Source: Lachnospiraceae bacterium
GTDB lineage: Bacteria; Pseudomonadota; Alphaproteobacteria; RF32; CAG-239
Direction of reading: 5' to 3'
Assembly: GCA_963594125.1 (NCBI GenBank)
Contig: CAVBCV010000003.1
Coordinates: forward strand, 22,797-86,796
Length of the DNA stretch: 64,000 bases
Under the pieces are notes generated by a model, which ran no database searches, was not told the origin of the DNA, and saw nothing but the letters and a program-made list of their open reading frames with translations. Positions 1-8,470 of this stretch are shown one piece after another (positions within the stretch are counted from its first letter, which is position 1; every line of letters begins with the position of its first letter). The position numbers and the translations under genes were made by a program.

Positions 1-8
1 GGAATAAT

Positions 9-482
9 ATGGAAGTTAAAACCAACGCTTTGCGTATGCTTGATAAAATTAAAGCCGAATATGAGTGCTATCATTACACGCCGGACGCAACCTTAACCGG
101 CGCGCAGATTGCCGCTATTTTGGGGCAGAACCCTAAGCAGGTGTTTAAAACCTTGGTTACGGTTGCTAAGTCACGCCAACATTATGTATTTATGCTGCCG
201 GTAGAATGCGAACTTGATTTAAAAAAGGCTGCCGCAGCCGCGGGTGAAAAGGCGGTTGAGATGGTTAAACAAAAAGAACTTTTGCCTTTAACCGGATATG
301 TGCACGGCGGTTGCTCGCCGATTGGCATGAAAAAGTTGTTTCCGCTTATTATTCATCAGTCGGCGGCAGAATTTGCCACGCTTATTTTCAGCGCCGGCAG
401 AGTTGGCTCGCAGGTTGAAACCTCGCTTGACAATTTGCAAAAGTTAGCGCCTTTTAAACTTGCCGATATTTGCATAAACTAA
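9..482 (+). CDS. ybaK: Cys-tRNA(Pro)/Cys-tRNA(Cys) deacylase, YbaK/EbsC family
   Basis: 157-aa ORF. Its size and the GYVHGGCSPIGMKK block are typical of YbaK-type trans-editing proteins. Confidence 0.8.
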   Translation: MEVKTNALRMLDKIKAEYECYHYTPDATLTGAQIAAILGQNPKQVFKTLVTVAKSRQHYVFMLPVECELDLKKAAAAAGEKAVEMVKQKELLPLTGYVHGGCSPIGMKKLFPLIIHQSAAEFATLIFSAGRVGSQVETSLDNLQKLAPFKLADICIN

Positions 483-489
483 CCTTTTT

Positions 490-531
490 ATCCACAGTGC
501 ATTAACTATTTTTTAAGATAGTGGATTTTTT
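490..531 (+). terminator. Possible rho-independent terminator after ybaK
   Basis: ATCCAC...GTGGAT arms with an inner ACTAT/ATAGT stem, followed by T6. The hairpin has an internal bulge, so this is a weak call. Confidence 0.35.
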
Positions 532-581
532 GCGCAAATGTTGTAACATCTTAGCATTAATCAACTGTTTGTGAGGAAAAT

Positions 582-1745
582 ATGTTCTTAAAAAATAAAC
601 TGGTACTTGCTTCTTTGGCAGTGTTGGCGCTGACCGGATGCGATGATAAAAAGACAGAGCAAAGTCAAAAACCTTTAGATGTAGGGGTTGAAGTGATGGC
701 GGCGCACGATGTTCCGCTTTCATTTGAATTTGCGGCCCGTACACAAGGCTCAAAAGAAACGGAAGTGCGCGCGCGGGTAGGCGGCATTTTGCTTAAACGC
801 AACTACATTGAAGGCTCAGAGGTTGAAGAAGGCAGCGTTTTGTTTGAAATTGATCCCGAACCGTATCAGGTGGCGCTTAATCAGGCGCAGGCTAAGCTTG
901 AAAAAACAACGGCCGAGCTTAAAAACGCTAAAATTCAGTTAGATAGAACCGAAAAACTGTTTAAACAAAAGTACGCCAGTGAAAAAGCTTATGATGACGC
1001 GGTTGCCAATTACGACTCGCTGCATGCGGCATTGTCATCGGCGCAGGCTGATGTTGACGCGGCGCAGCTTAACTTAGATTATACCAAAGTTAAGGCGCCG
1101 ATTAGCGGTCTTACCAGTATGGAAGCGCAATCGGAAGGAAGCCTGATTTCAACCTCGGGCAATACCGGTTTGCTCACGCATATTACGCAGCTTGACCCGA
1201 TTTATGTTATGTTCTCACTTTCAGAAAACCAGATGATAACTATGGGACGCATGGTTGACAGCGGGCAAATCAGAAATCAGCCGAATACCTCTGACGCGGT
1301 TAAAGCAGTTAGAGCGGTTTTGCACTTTGGCGATAATACTGTTTATAACCATACCGGTGAAATTAACTTTGTTAATCCGAGCATTGATTCTTCAACCGGA
1401 ACCATTAAACTGCGCGCGGTATTTCCTAACCCTGACAAGCGTTTGCGTCCGGGGCAGTTTATGCGCCTGACCGTTGAAGGTTTGGAGCGCGCCAACGCCA
1501 TGACCGTTCCGCAAGAGGCGATTATGCAGGGTTCTAAAGGCTCTTACGTTTACAAAGTTAATGATAAAAATCAGGTTGAAATGGTAAGCGTTACCACCGG
1601 TATTGCCACTCCTGACGGCGGTTGGATTATTGATAACGGCTTAAATGAAGGCGATAAAGTGGTGGTTAATAACTTAATGAAAATCAGACCCGGCATGACG
1701 GTTAATCCGGTTAACGTTGCCGCGCAAAATGATAACCAAAAATAA
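582..1745 (+). CDS. RND efflux periplasmic adaptor (membrane fusion protein), lipoprotein
   Basis: Lipobox LALTGC. Coiled-coil hairpin region and barrel-sandwich motifs (LDYTKVKAPISG, VFPNPD..LRPGQF). GAGGA Shine-Dalgarno (SD) sequence. Lies directly upstream of the RND pump. Confidence 0.9.
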   Translation: MFLKNKLVLASLAVLALTGCDDKKTEQSQKPLDVGVEVMAAHDVPLSFEFAARTQGSKETEVRARVGGILLKRNYIEGSEVEEGSVLFEIDPEPYQVALNQAQAKLEKTTAELKNAKIQLDRTEKLFKQKYASEKAYDDAVANYDSLHAALSSAQADVDAAQLNLDYTKVKAPISGLTSMEAQSEGSLISTSGNTGLLTHITQLDPIYVMFSLSENQMITMGRMVDSGQIRNQPNTSDAVKAVRAVLHFGDNTVYNHTGEINFVNPSIDSSTGTIKLRAVFPNPDKRLRPGQFMRLTVEGLERANAMTVPQEAIMQGSKGSYVYKVNDKNQVEMVSVTTGIATPDGGWIIDNGLNEGDKVVVNNLMKIRPGMTVNPVNVAAQNDNQK

Positions 1746-1759
1746 CAGGGGCTTTAATA

Positions 1760-4700
1760 ATGTTTTCAAAGTTTTTTATTGACAGACCTATTTTTGCCAC
1801 GGTTATTTCATTGATTGTGGTGCTGGCGGGTTTGGTATCAATGAAGGTGTTGCCGGTGGAGCAATACCCGAACATTGTGCCGACTGAAATTCAGGTTACG
1901 GCGGTTTACCCCGGAGCAACGGCAGAGGTTTTGGCCGATACGGTTGCCGCGCCGCTTGAACAAGAGATTAACGGCGTTAAAAATATGATTTATATGTATT
2001 CAAACGCCACATCTTCAGGTTATTTAACCATCGGCGTGGTTTTTGACATCGGAACCGATCCTGATCAGGCAACCATTGACGTAAACAACAAAGTGCAAAT
2101 GGCAACCGCCAAACTTCCGGCAGAGGTTACCAAGCAGGGCGTTACCGTGCAACAAAAGTCAAACTCTATTTTGCAGGTTGTGGCAATGCGCTCAACTTCA
2201 GAACGTTATGACACAGTTTATGTTTCAAACTATGCGCTGCTTAATGTGTTAGATGAACTTAAGCGCTTAAAAGGCGTGGGCGACGCTTCATTGTTTGCCT
2301 CGCAGGATTATTCTATGCGGATTTGGCTTTCGCCGGATAAATTGGCGGAATACAGCTTAACGCCGCAAGATGTTATCAGCGCCATTCAAGAGCAAAACTC
2401 GCAGTTTGCCGCCGGTCAATTCGGGCAAGAGCCGATGGACAGCTCGGTTGCTTACACATATTCGGTTAATACCAAGGGGCGTTTGGTTAATAAAGAAGAG
2501 TTTGGCAATATTATTTTGCGCAGCAATGAAATCGGCGGAGCTTTGCGGCTTAAAGACGTTGCCCGCATTGAACTCGGCGCGCAGGATTACAGCGTCAGCT
2601 CGCGCTTTAACGGCGAGGAAGCGGTTGCTTTTGCGGTTTATCTGCAGCCGGGGGCTAACGCGCTGGAAACGGCGGAATTGGTAAAATCTACCATGGAAAG
2701 ACTTTCTAAAAACTTTCCACAGGGCATAACTTATGAAATTCCGTATGATACCACTTTGTTTGTTGAAGTTTCAATTGAAGAAGTTATCCATACCTTTTTT
2801 GAGGCGGTGCTGCTGGTTATTGTGGTGGTTTATCTGTTTTTGCAAAATTTCAGAGCAACTCTTATCCCGATTTTGGCGGTGCCGGTTTCAATCGTCGGTG
2901 CGTTTGCCGGTATGTATTTAATGGGCTTTTCTATAAACCTTTTAACATTGTTCGGCTTGATTTTGGCTATCGGTATTGTGGTTGATGACGCAATTATCGT
3001 GCTTGAAAACGTGGAGCGCTTAATGGAAGTTGAAAAACTTTCGCCGAAAGAAGCGGCAATTAAGGCAATGCAAGAAGTATCCGGACCGGTGGTTGCGGTT
3101 GCGTTGGTGCTCTCTTCGGTATTTTTGCCGATTGCGTTTTTGGGCGGTATGACCGGCGTTATGTATAAACAATTTTCAGTAACGATTGCGGTTTCAGTAT
3201 TAATTTCGGCCATGGTGGCGCTGACTTTAACGCCGTCGCTTTGCGCGCTGATTATTAAAAACAACCGAAACAAAAAAGAACCGATGGCGTTTTTTAAGTG
3301 GTTTAACACCTTTTTTGAAAAAGTTACGGCAGGTTATATTGCCGGCGTTGAATACTTTTTAACGCATCGTAAAACTGCGGTTTCGGCTTTTGTCGGCGTT
3401 TTGCTGTTGATTATCGGATTGTTTAAAATTATTCCGTCCGGTTTGGTGCCGACTGAAGATTTGGGCAACTTACTGATGGCGTACAGTATGCCGGAAGCTT
3501 CATCGCTGCCGCGTACCGAAAAATTTACCGGCGCGGTTTCAGATATGGTGCGCAAACACCCCGATATGCAAGATGTTTTGACGATTAACGGCTTTAATAT
3601 GTTATCTTCAAGTCAAAACACCTATTCAGGCATCAGCTTTATTACGCTTAAAGACTGGAACTTACGCAACAAGCCGGAGCAGTCGGCGTCGGCGCTTGCC
3701 AAAACCTTTACAATGTATGGGTTAAGCCGTAACGACGGTATCGGTTATGCTTTCAGTATGCCGCCGATTATGGGTATGAGCACTACCGGCGGGTTTGAAG
3801 CCTATATTCAAAATAAGACCGGTAAAACCTCGCAAGAGCTGATGGCTAAAACACAAGAATTTGTTGACGCCGCTAATAAGCGTCCGGAACTTTCCAATGT
3901 TAAAACCACGTTTTCAGTCAGCACGCCGCAATATCGGATAGACTTAGACCGTGAAAAAGCCAAGGCGCTTAATGTTCCGATTAACAGCGTTTACTCAGTA
4001 ATGCAGTCAACCTTTGGCAGCTTGTATGTTAATGATTTTACGTATATGGGGCGTAATTTCCGCGTAACGTTACAGTCTGAATCGCGTTTCAGAAGCTCGC
4101 CTGATGATTTGCGATATGTATATGTAAAATCAACTTCCGGCGAGCTGGTGCCGCTTGCCACCTTAATTACGGTTGAGCGCGTTACCGGTCCGGAATTGGT
4201 AAACCGCTTTAACATCTTTCCGGCGGCCAAAGTGTTGGGCGATCCGGCTTCCGGTTATTCTTCCGGTCAGGCTATTACGGCTATGGAAGAGGTTGCGGAC
4301 GAGGTTTTGGGTTCTGATTACGCTTTGTCATGGATTGGTTCGGCGTATCAGGAAAAACTTACCGGCGGCGCCTCAACTCAAGCCTTTATATTCGGTTTGA
4401 TTATGATATTTCTTATTCTTTCAGCGCAATATGAAAAGTGGTCATTGCCGATTGTGGTTATTTTGTCAGTGCCGTTTGCGGTATTGGGAGCTTTGCTGGC
4501 AACATGGCTGCGCGGTATTGAAAACGACTTGTACTTTCAGGTCGGCTTAGTAACCTTAATCGGGTTGGCGGCTAAAAACGCCATTTTGATTGTGGAATTT
4601 GCGGTAATGAAGGTTGAGGAAGGCTTAACTTATGCGCAAGCCGCGATTGAGGCGGCAAAGCTCCGGTTTAGGCCGATTGTGATGACCTCGCTTGCGTTTA

Positions 4701-4936
4701 CGTTTGGTGTTTTGCCGTTGGCGCTTTCAACCGGAGCAGGGGCGGCAAGCCGTCACTCTATCGGCACCGGCATGGTCGGCGGTATGATACTTTCAACCTT
4801 TGTGGCGACCTTGTTTGTTCCGATGATGTTTGCAATTATCGGCGAAACGTTTGATGAAGAAAACGTTAAACTGCGTAAAATTAATAAACGCGCGGAAAAA
4901 TTAGGGCGTCCGAAGCTTAAACGCGCCATGCGCTAA
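1760..4936 (+). CDS. RND multidrug efflux permease, AcrB/MexB family
   Basis: 1058 aa. Starts MFSKFFIDRPIFA and contains VVDDAIVVLENVER. Has the 12-TM architecture with two large periplasmic loops. Confidence 0.95.
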   Translation: MFSKFFIDRPIFATVISLIVVLAGLVSMKVLPVEQYPNIVPTEIQVTAVYPGATAEVLADTVAAPLEQEINGVKNMIYMYSNATSSGYLTIGVVFDIGTDPDQATIDVNNKVQMATAKLPAEVTKQGVTVQQKSNSILQVVAMRSTSERYDTVYVSNYALLNVLDELKRLKGVGDASLFASQDYSMRIWLSPDKLAEYSLTPQDVISAIQEQNSQFAAGQFGQEPMDSSVAYTYSVNTKGRLVNKEEFGNIILRSNEIGGALRLKDVARIELGAQDYSVSSRFNGEEAVAFAVYLQPGANALETAELVKSTMERLSKNFPQGITYEIPYDTTLFVEVSIEEVIHTFFEAVLLVIVVVYLFLQNFRATLIPILAVPVSIVGAFAGMYLMGFSINLLTLFGLILAIGIVVDDAIIVLENVERLMEVEKLSPKEAAIKAMQEVSGPVVAVALVLSSVFLPIAFLGGMTGVMYKQFSVTIAVSVLISAMVALTLTPSLCALIIKNNRNKKEPMAFFKWFNTFFEKVTAGYIAGVEYFLTHRKTAVSAFVGVLLLIIGLFKIIPSGLVPTEDLGNLLMAYSMPEASSLPRTEKFTGAVSDMVRKHPDMQDVLTINGFNMLSSSQNTYSGISFITLKDWNLRNKPEQSASALAKTFTMYGLSRNDGIGYAFSMPPIMGMSTTGGFEAYIQNKTGKTSQELMAKTQEFVDAANKRPELSNVKTTFSVSTPQYRIDLDREKAKALNVPINSVYSVMQSTFGSLYVNDFTYMGRNFRVTLQSESRFRSSPDDLRYVYVKSTSGELVPLATLITVERVTGPELVNRFNIFPAAKVLGDPASGYSSGQAITAMEEVADEVLGSDYALSWIGSAYQEKLTGGASTQAFIFGLIMIFLILSAQYEKWSLPIVVILSVPFAVLGALLATWLRGIENDLYFQVGLVTLIGLAAKNAILIVEFAVMKVEEGLTYAQAAIEAAKLRFRPIVMTSLAFTFGVLPLALSTGAGAASRHSIGTGMVGGMILSTFVATLFVPMMFAIIGETFDEENVKLRKINKRAEKLGRPKLKRAMR

Positions 4937-4956
4937 ATAACGCTTTAAGCAAAACA

Positions 4957-4997
4957 AACCCCGTCAGAGTTATTTTTCGGCGGGGTTTTATTTTTTT
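4957..4997. terminator. Bidirectional hairpin terminator between convergent RND and GT2 genes
   Basis: AACCCCG...CGGGGTT stem followed by a T-run on the plus strand. Confidence 0.6.
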
Positions 4998-5005
4998 ATC
5001 AAAAT

Positions 5006-5980
5006 TTAAATCTTCTTCCTGGTTGTTTCTTTGAGCAGTTTTTTATAAGCAAAGTAATTGCTGAGTTTATGTCCGCGCCAATGCAACAAGCCTCGTTGTT
5101 GCAACTCATGTAATTCTTGCGCAAAAGTCTGCCAAATTTCGGCGGAGCGGTCTGGCGTTAAGACGCTGCATCTTTTAAGTTCTTTGGACAAGATTAAAGG
5201 AATAAGATGATTTTTCATAAATTTCAGTTCTTTCGGAGTGGCTGATTTTTGAAAAACATCGCACACAAACAGCAAACCGGAGGCATAATCTTTGATAGTC
5301 TGCACGGAAGTTTTTTGCGCGGAGATTGACTGCGGGTTGATAGTGTAAAAATAAAGCGGAATATCTAAAATTACGGTTTTGGGGCGGCGCAACAAAGCGG
5401 CGTAAGTGTGCGGATAGTCTTGAAAATGAATTTTAGGAATAAATTGTAAGTCATTTATCAGTTCGCGCTTATAAAGTTTTGACCATACGTTAAAAGAAAT
5501 TCGGAATTTTCCGCCATGGGTTTGGAAAAATAACGGATTATCGGTGACTTTGTACTTGATTTGATTAAGGTCATATATTTGCGGCTTAATATTGCCGTCT
5601 TTGTTTTTTAAAAAGCTGAAAGAAACAAGTTCGGCTTTATTTTTTATGGCTAAGTTATAGGTGATTTCCAGGCATTGAGGGTGCATGCAATCATCAGAAT
5701 CCAAAAAATAAACATATTCGCCGCGGGCAAGTTTTAGACCATTGTTGCGGGCGCAACTTAAGCTCTGGTTAGTTTGGTTAACGATTTTAAAGCGTCTGTC
5801 TTTTTGTGCCTGCCGGTTTAAGATTTCGGCGCAATTATCGGTGCTGCCGTCATTAACGCAAATAGCTTCCCAATCGCTAAAAGTTTGCGCCGCAATACTG
5901 TCTAAACAGCGCTGTAAATATTGTTCAACATTGTACACCGGCATTATAATTGAAATTTTGGGCGAGTTTTCTGGTTTCAT
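5006..5980 (-). CDS. Family 2 glycosyltransferase
   Basis: N-terminal ISIIMPVYNVEQYLQRCLDSI...ICVNDGSTD and the YFLDSDD (DxD) motif. Confidence 0.85.
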   Translation of the reverse strand: MKPENSPKISIIMPVYNVEQYLQRCLDSIAAQTFSDWEAICVNDGSTDNCAEILNRQAQKDRRFKIVNQTNQSLSCARNNGLKLARGEYVYFLDSDDCMHPQCLEITYNLAIKNKAELVSFSFLKNKDGNIKPQIYDLNQIKYKVTDNPLFFQTHGGKFRISFNVWSKLYKRELINDLQFIPKIHFQDYPHTYAALLRRPKTVILDIPLYFYTINPQSISAQKTSVQTIKDYASGLLFVCDVFQKSATPKELKFMKNHLIPLILSKELKRCSVLTPDRSAEIWQTFAQELHELQQRGLLHWRGHKLSNYFAYKKLLKETTRKKI

Positions 5981-6078
5981 GAGCTAAAGTCCTCTCAGAA
6001 TGGTGGTTCTGAGGGGATTTTAGCTTGCCGTTTTTTTTTTGCAATCTTTACGAGTCGGGGTGTGCATAAGTTGTATTA
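5981..6078 (-). promoter_or_regulatory. Shared promoter/leader element, copy 1, drives the GT2 gene
   Basis: About 80 percent identical to the reverse complement of 27146..27243 and ends at the start codon. Contains TTGCAA-N16-TAAAAT, an A10 tract (T10 at 6031-6040 on plus) and an 18-bp-arm hairpin (5983-6000 / 6007-6024). Confidence 0.6.
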
Positions 6079-6095
6079 ACTATCGTGATTTTTCA

Positions 6096-6176
6096 CCACC
6101 CCGGCGGCGTTCCGCCGCCACCCCTCCATAGAGGGGAATTTGAGTACGCGGAATATATATAGGTTGCAGATAAAGG
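6096..6176. repeat. REP-like double-hairpin intergenic repeat, copy 1
   Basis: CCACCCCG, then GGCGGCG-TTC-CGCCGCC, then CCCCTC-CATA-GAGGGG, then AATTT, plus a trailing AATATATATAGGTTGCAGATAAA. Related copies occur at 8270 and 27094. Confidence 0.8.
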
Positions 6177-6178
6177 TT

Positions 6179-6207
6179 TTGACAAAAGGGGGAATATGAT
6201 GTATAAA
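6179..6207 (+). promoter_or_regulatory. Sigma70-type promoter for the 6240 cassette
   Basis: TTGACA (6179-6184), 17-nt spacer, TATAAA (6202-6207). A GAGAGG SD sequence precedes the ATG at 6240. Confidence 0.6.
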
Positions 6208-6239
6208 GAAAATAAATTAAACCAAAAAGAGAGGTTAAA

Positions 6240-6932
6240 ATGAGCAGAAGAGACGAAATAAAAGTGTATAACTCGGTTGAAGAAAGAGTTGATGATTACG
6301 AGAATTATAAAGACGATTGGAATTATGATGCCGATAAGCAAGAAGGCGTACACAAAAGCGGGCTTGAAATGCGTTATATGAGATTAGACCGAGCTAAAAT
6401 AGAGCCACGGAATTTAGTGGAATGGCAAAAGAAGATGGAAGCGGAAGGCTTAACCGAACATGAAATTAAACAGTATCTGGTGATGTTGCTTAATCAGTTT
6501 GTGGTGATGTTAGACGAGAATCCGCCGGAAGAAAAAGAGCTGACGATTGATGAGAGAATTAAGGATAAAGAAAAAGGGGATGCACAAAAATTACAATGGA
6601 TGAGAGAAGCGGGTCGTTCAGAAGAAGAAATAGCGCGCGTTAGTGAACATATGAAAAATTATAATGAAGAATTACGCAAGAAGTTGGAAGAAGAAGAGAA
6701 AATAGAGAAAAACAAGTCAGTTGGGCAGAGGATTAAAGAACGGGAAGAAGCTAATGAAAAGACCATACGAGAATTACTAGAGGCTGGAAATTCGGAAGAA
6801 AGTGTAGCTCGTTTTGCGGAAAAATTACGAAAAGAACGTGAGAAGTTGCGTAAAAAATGGGAGCAAGAAGAGCGGCTACAGAAACTGGAAAATATAAGAG
6901 AGAAGTTTAAAGGCTGCAAAGAGGACCGCTAA
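6240..6932 (+). CDS. Hypothetical highly charged (E/K/R-rich) coiled-coil protein with three AG-x-SEE-x-(I/V)AR-like repeats
   Basis: 230-aa ORF with good SD and promoter. Internal repeats REAGRSEEEIARVSEH and LEAGNSEESVARFAEK. I recognise no family. Confidence 0.65.
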   Translation: MSRRDEIKVYNSVEERVDDYENYKDDWNYDADKQEGVHKSGLEMRYMRLDRAKIEPRNLVEWQKKMEAEGLTEHEIKQYLVMLLNQFVVMLDENPPEEKELTIDERIKDKEKGDAQKLQWMREAGRSEEEIARVSEHMKNYNEELRKKLEEEEKIEKNKSVGQRIKEREEANEKTIRELLEAGNSEESVARFAEKLRKEREKLRKKWEQEERLQKLENIREKFKGCKEDR

Positions 6933-8239
6933 TGAGAAACCCGGATTTAACCGATAACGATACCCTAAAAGACCTGAAAGAACCGGTGGCGGTATACTTT
7001 ACCTATGCCGACGTAGATAAATTTCAATATTATTTGGAACATAATCAAGAATTGGTCAATATAGATAATCGTAATTGCGATGCGTTAGTTACATATCTAC
7101 AGGAGCATGATTTCATGGCAGTATCATATCAAGATCCGGCGGCGGCATATCCGGGGACAATTGTGGTGAGTAATACCGGAGTTCAAATGCCGTTTATGGA
7201 GCCTCAAGAAGCTAGGTCTTTTGCAAAGCGCTTATTGTATGATATAGAAGAATCTAAAATCGCAATGCCATTGAGCAACGCTCTTGGTATCAGGATTGAA
7301 CAGTTGTCGCCGCCGGTGTTAAAGGCGCAGGAAGAGGAACCACGCTTTCCGTTTACGCGCCATCCGGATGGTGAGATGTTGAAGTATTTGCAGCATCGGT
7401 TCGGTAAAGATTTTATTGAAAGATGCAATAAATATGCGTGGGAGCACGGCGAGGACGTTACACCAAGACTTAAACAAGAACATAATGCAGCGGACATGAA
7501 CGAGCCGATATATTCCGGGAGGCAGTTGGCGCTAGAGCGGTATGCTTCACATCCGCGGAATGACCTAGAAGCGCGGAATATTGTGTTCGGGACGTTACGA
7601 TTTGCCAAAGCGTGGCAATATGCAAAAGAGTTTGGATTTGTGCACAGATTTCACAAAGCAGAAAATCAAAAATATTATATAGATTATGGGGTTGAACGGG
7701 GCGAGTTATTTACGCTAAACCCTGTGGATCAGATAGAAACGATAGTAATCCCGGATAAGAATGAGTATTTAGGCGTGGAACTGAACTTAAAGACAAGAAG
7801 TTTTAACATTCCGCTAGAAGACGAGATGTGGATGGGATATGCGGAGGCGTTCAGGGCGGCAAGTATGCCCAAGGAAGTAAAGTTAAGAGAGCGGCGCATA
7901 AATATTTTACGAGATGCAAAGATGAACGGCGGACGAGCGATAACATACATGCCGGTGGGTTTTAATATACCAAGTTCAGAGTTAGAAAAGTATAAAAACA
8001 GAGAACCGGCAGAGCTTGAAGATGTGCTATTAAGTCCGATGACACCGATACGGGAAGGGTATCAAGAGCATAAAAAGAAGAAAGGCATAACGGAAGAAGA
8101 TAAGAAGCGATATTATGCATCACTTAATAATCTTGCAAATATGGCCCGCACGCTGAGAGCGGAAGATAATAAAGATACTTCCGCAAAACAATCCGCACAC
8201 CACACTACCACCAAGAACAATAATACCGGCAGGGAGTGA
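6932..8239 (+). CDS. Hypothetical protein, 435 aa, no recognisable family
   Basis: Its start overlaps the upstream stop (TAATG), so the two genes are translationally coupled. Long uninterrupted ORF with a basic low-complexity C-terminus. Confidence 0.65.
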   Translation: MRNPDLTDNDTLKDLKEPVAVYFTYADVDKFQYYLEHNQELVNIDNRNCDALVTYLQEHDFMAVSYQDPAAAYPGTIVVSNTGVQMPFMEPQEARSFAKRLLYDIEESKIAMPLSNALGIRIEQLSPPVLKAQEEEPRFPFTRHPDGEMLKYLQHRFGKDFIERCNKYAWEHGEDVTPRLKQEHNAADMNEPIYSGRQLALERYASHPRNDLEARNIVFGTLRFAKAWQYAKEFGFVHRFHKAENQKYYIDYGVERGELFTLNPVDQIETIVIPDKNEYLGVELNLKTRSFNIPLEDEMWMGYAEAFRAASMPKEVKLRERRINILRDAKMNGGRAITYMPVGFNIPSSELEKYKNREPAELEDVLLSPMTPIREGYQEHKKKKGITEEDKKRYYASLNNLANMARTLRAEDNKDTSAKQSAHHTTTKNNNTGRE

Positions 8240-8269
8240 GGTTTTGCGTTAAATGCCGCTTGCAAGAGA

Positions 8270-8388
8270 CCACCCCGTCGGCGTTCCGCCGCCATCCTTC
8301 CTCAGGATGGGAATTTTTATAGTGTGCGGCACCCCTCCATAGAGGGGAATTTAGGCATATGTAATATGTATAGATTGTAGATAAAACC
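8270..8388. repeat. REP-like double-hairpin intergenic repeat, copy 2, with second hairpin module duplicated
   Basis: CCACCCCGTCGGCGTTCCGCCGCC, then CCTTCCTCAGGATGGGAATTT, then CCCCTCCATAGAGGGGAATTT, then AATATGTATAGATTGTAGATAAA. It is a direct repeat of 6096..6176. Confidence 0.8.
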
Positions 8389-8403
8389 GCGGCAGTTTTG
8401 TCG

Positions 8404-8447
8404 TGAAAAATAAAACTCCCTGAAAGCGTGAAGCAAACAGGGAGTTT
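8404..8447 (-). terminator. Rho-independent terminator of argS
   Basis: AACTCCCTG / CAGGGAGTT stem followed by a U-run on the minus strand. Confidence 0.6.
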
Positions 8448-8470
8448 GGAATTTTAAATCAGCAACTTAT

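Noticed and set aside
2370-4230. Several 60-160-aa ORFs on both strands inside the RND pump gene (2370..2684, 2733..2921, 2830..3309, 3334..3555, 3991..4230)
   Set aside because: They are shadow frames of a well-supported 1058-aa gene, with no independent start signals.
6093-6353. 86-aa minus-strand ORF ending PLWRGGGGTPPGW
   Set aside because: It is the translation of the REP-like hairpins plus the AT-rich promoter region. It overlaps the promoter and the start of the 6240 gene, has no SD sequence, and its composition is repeat-derived.
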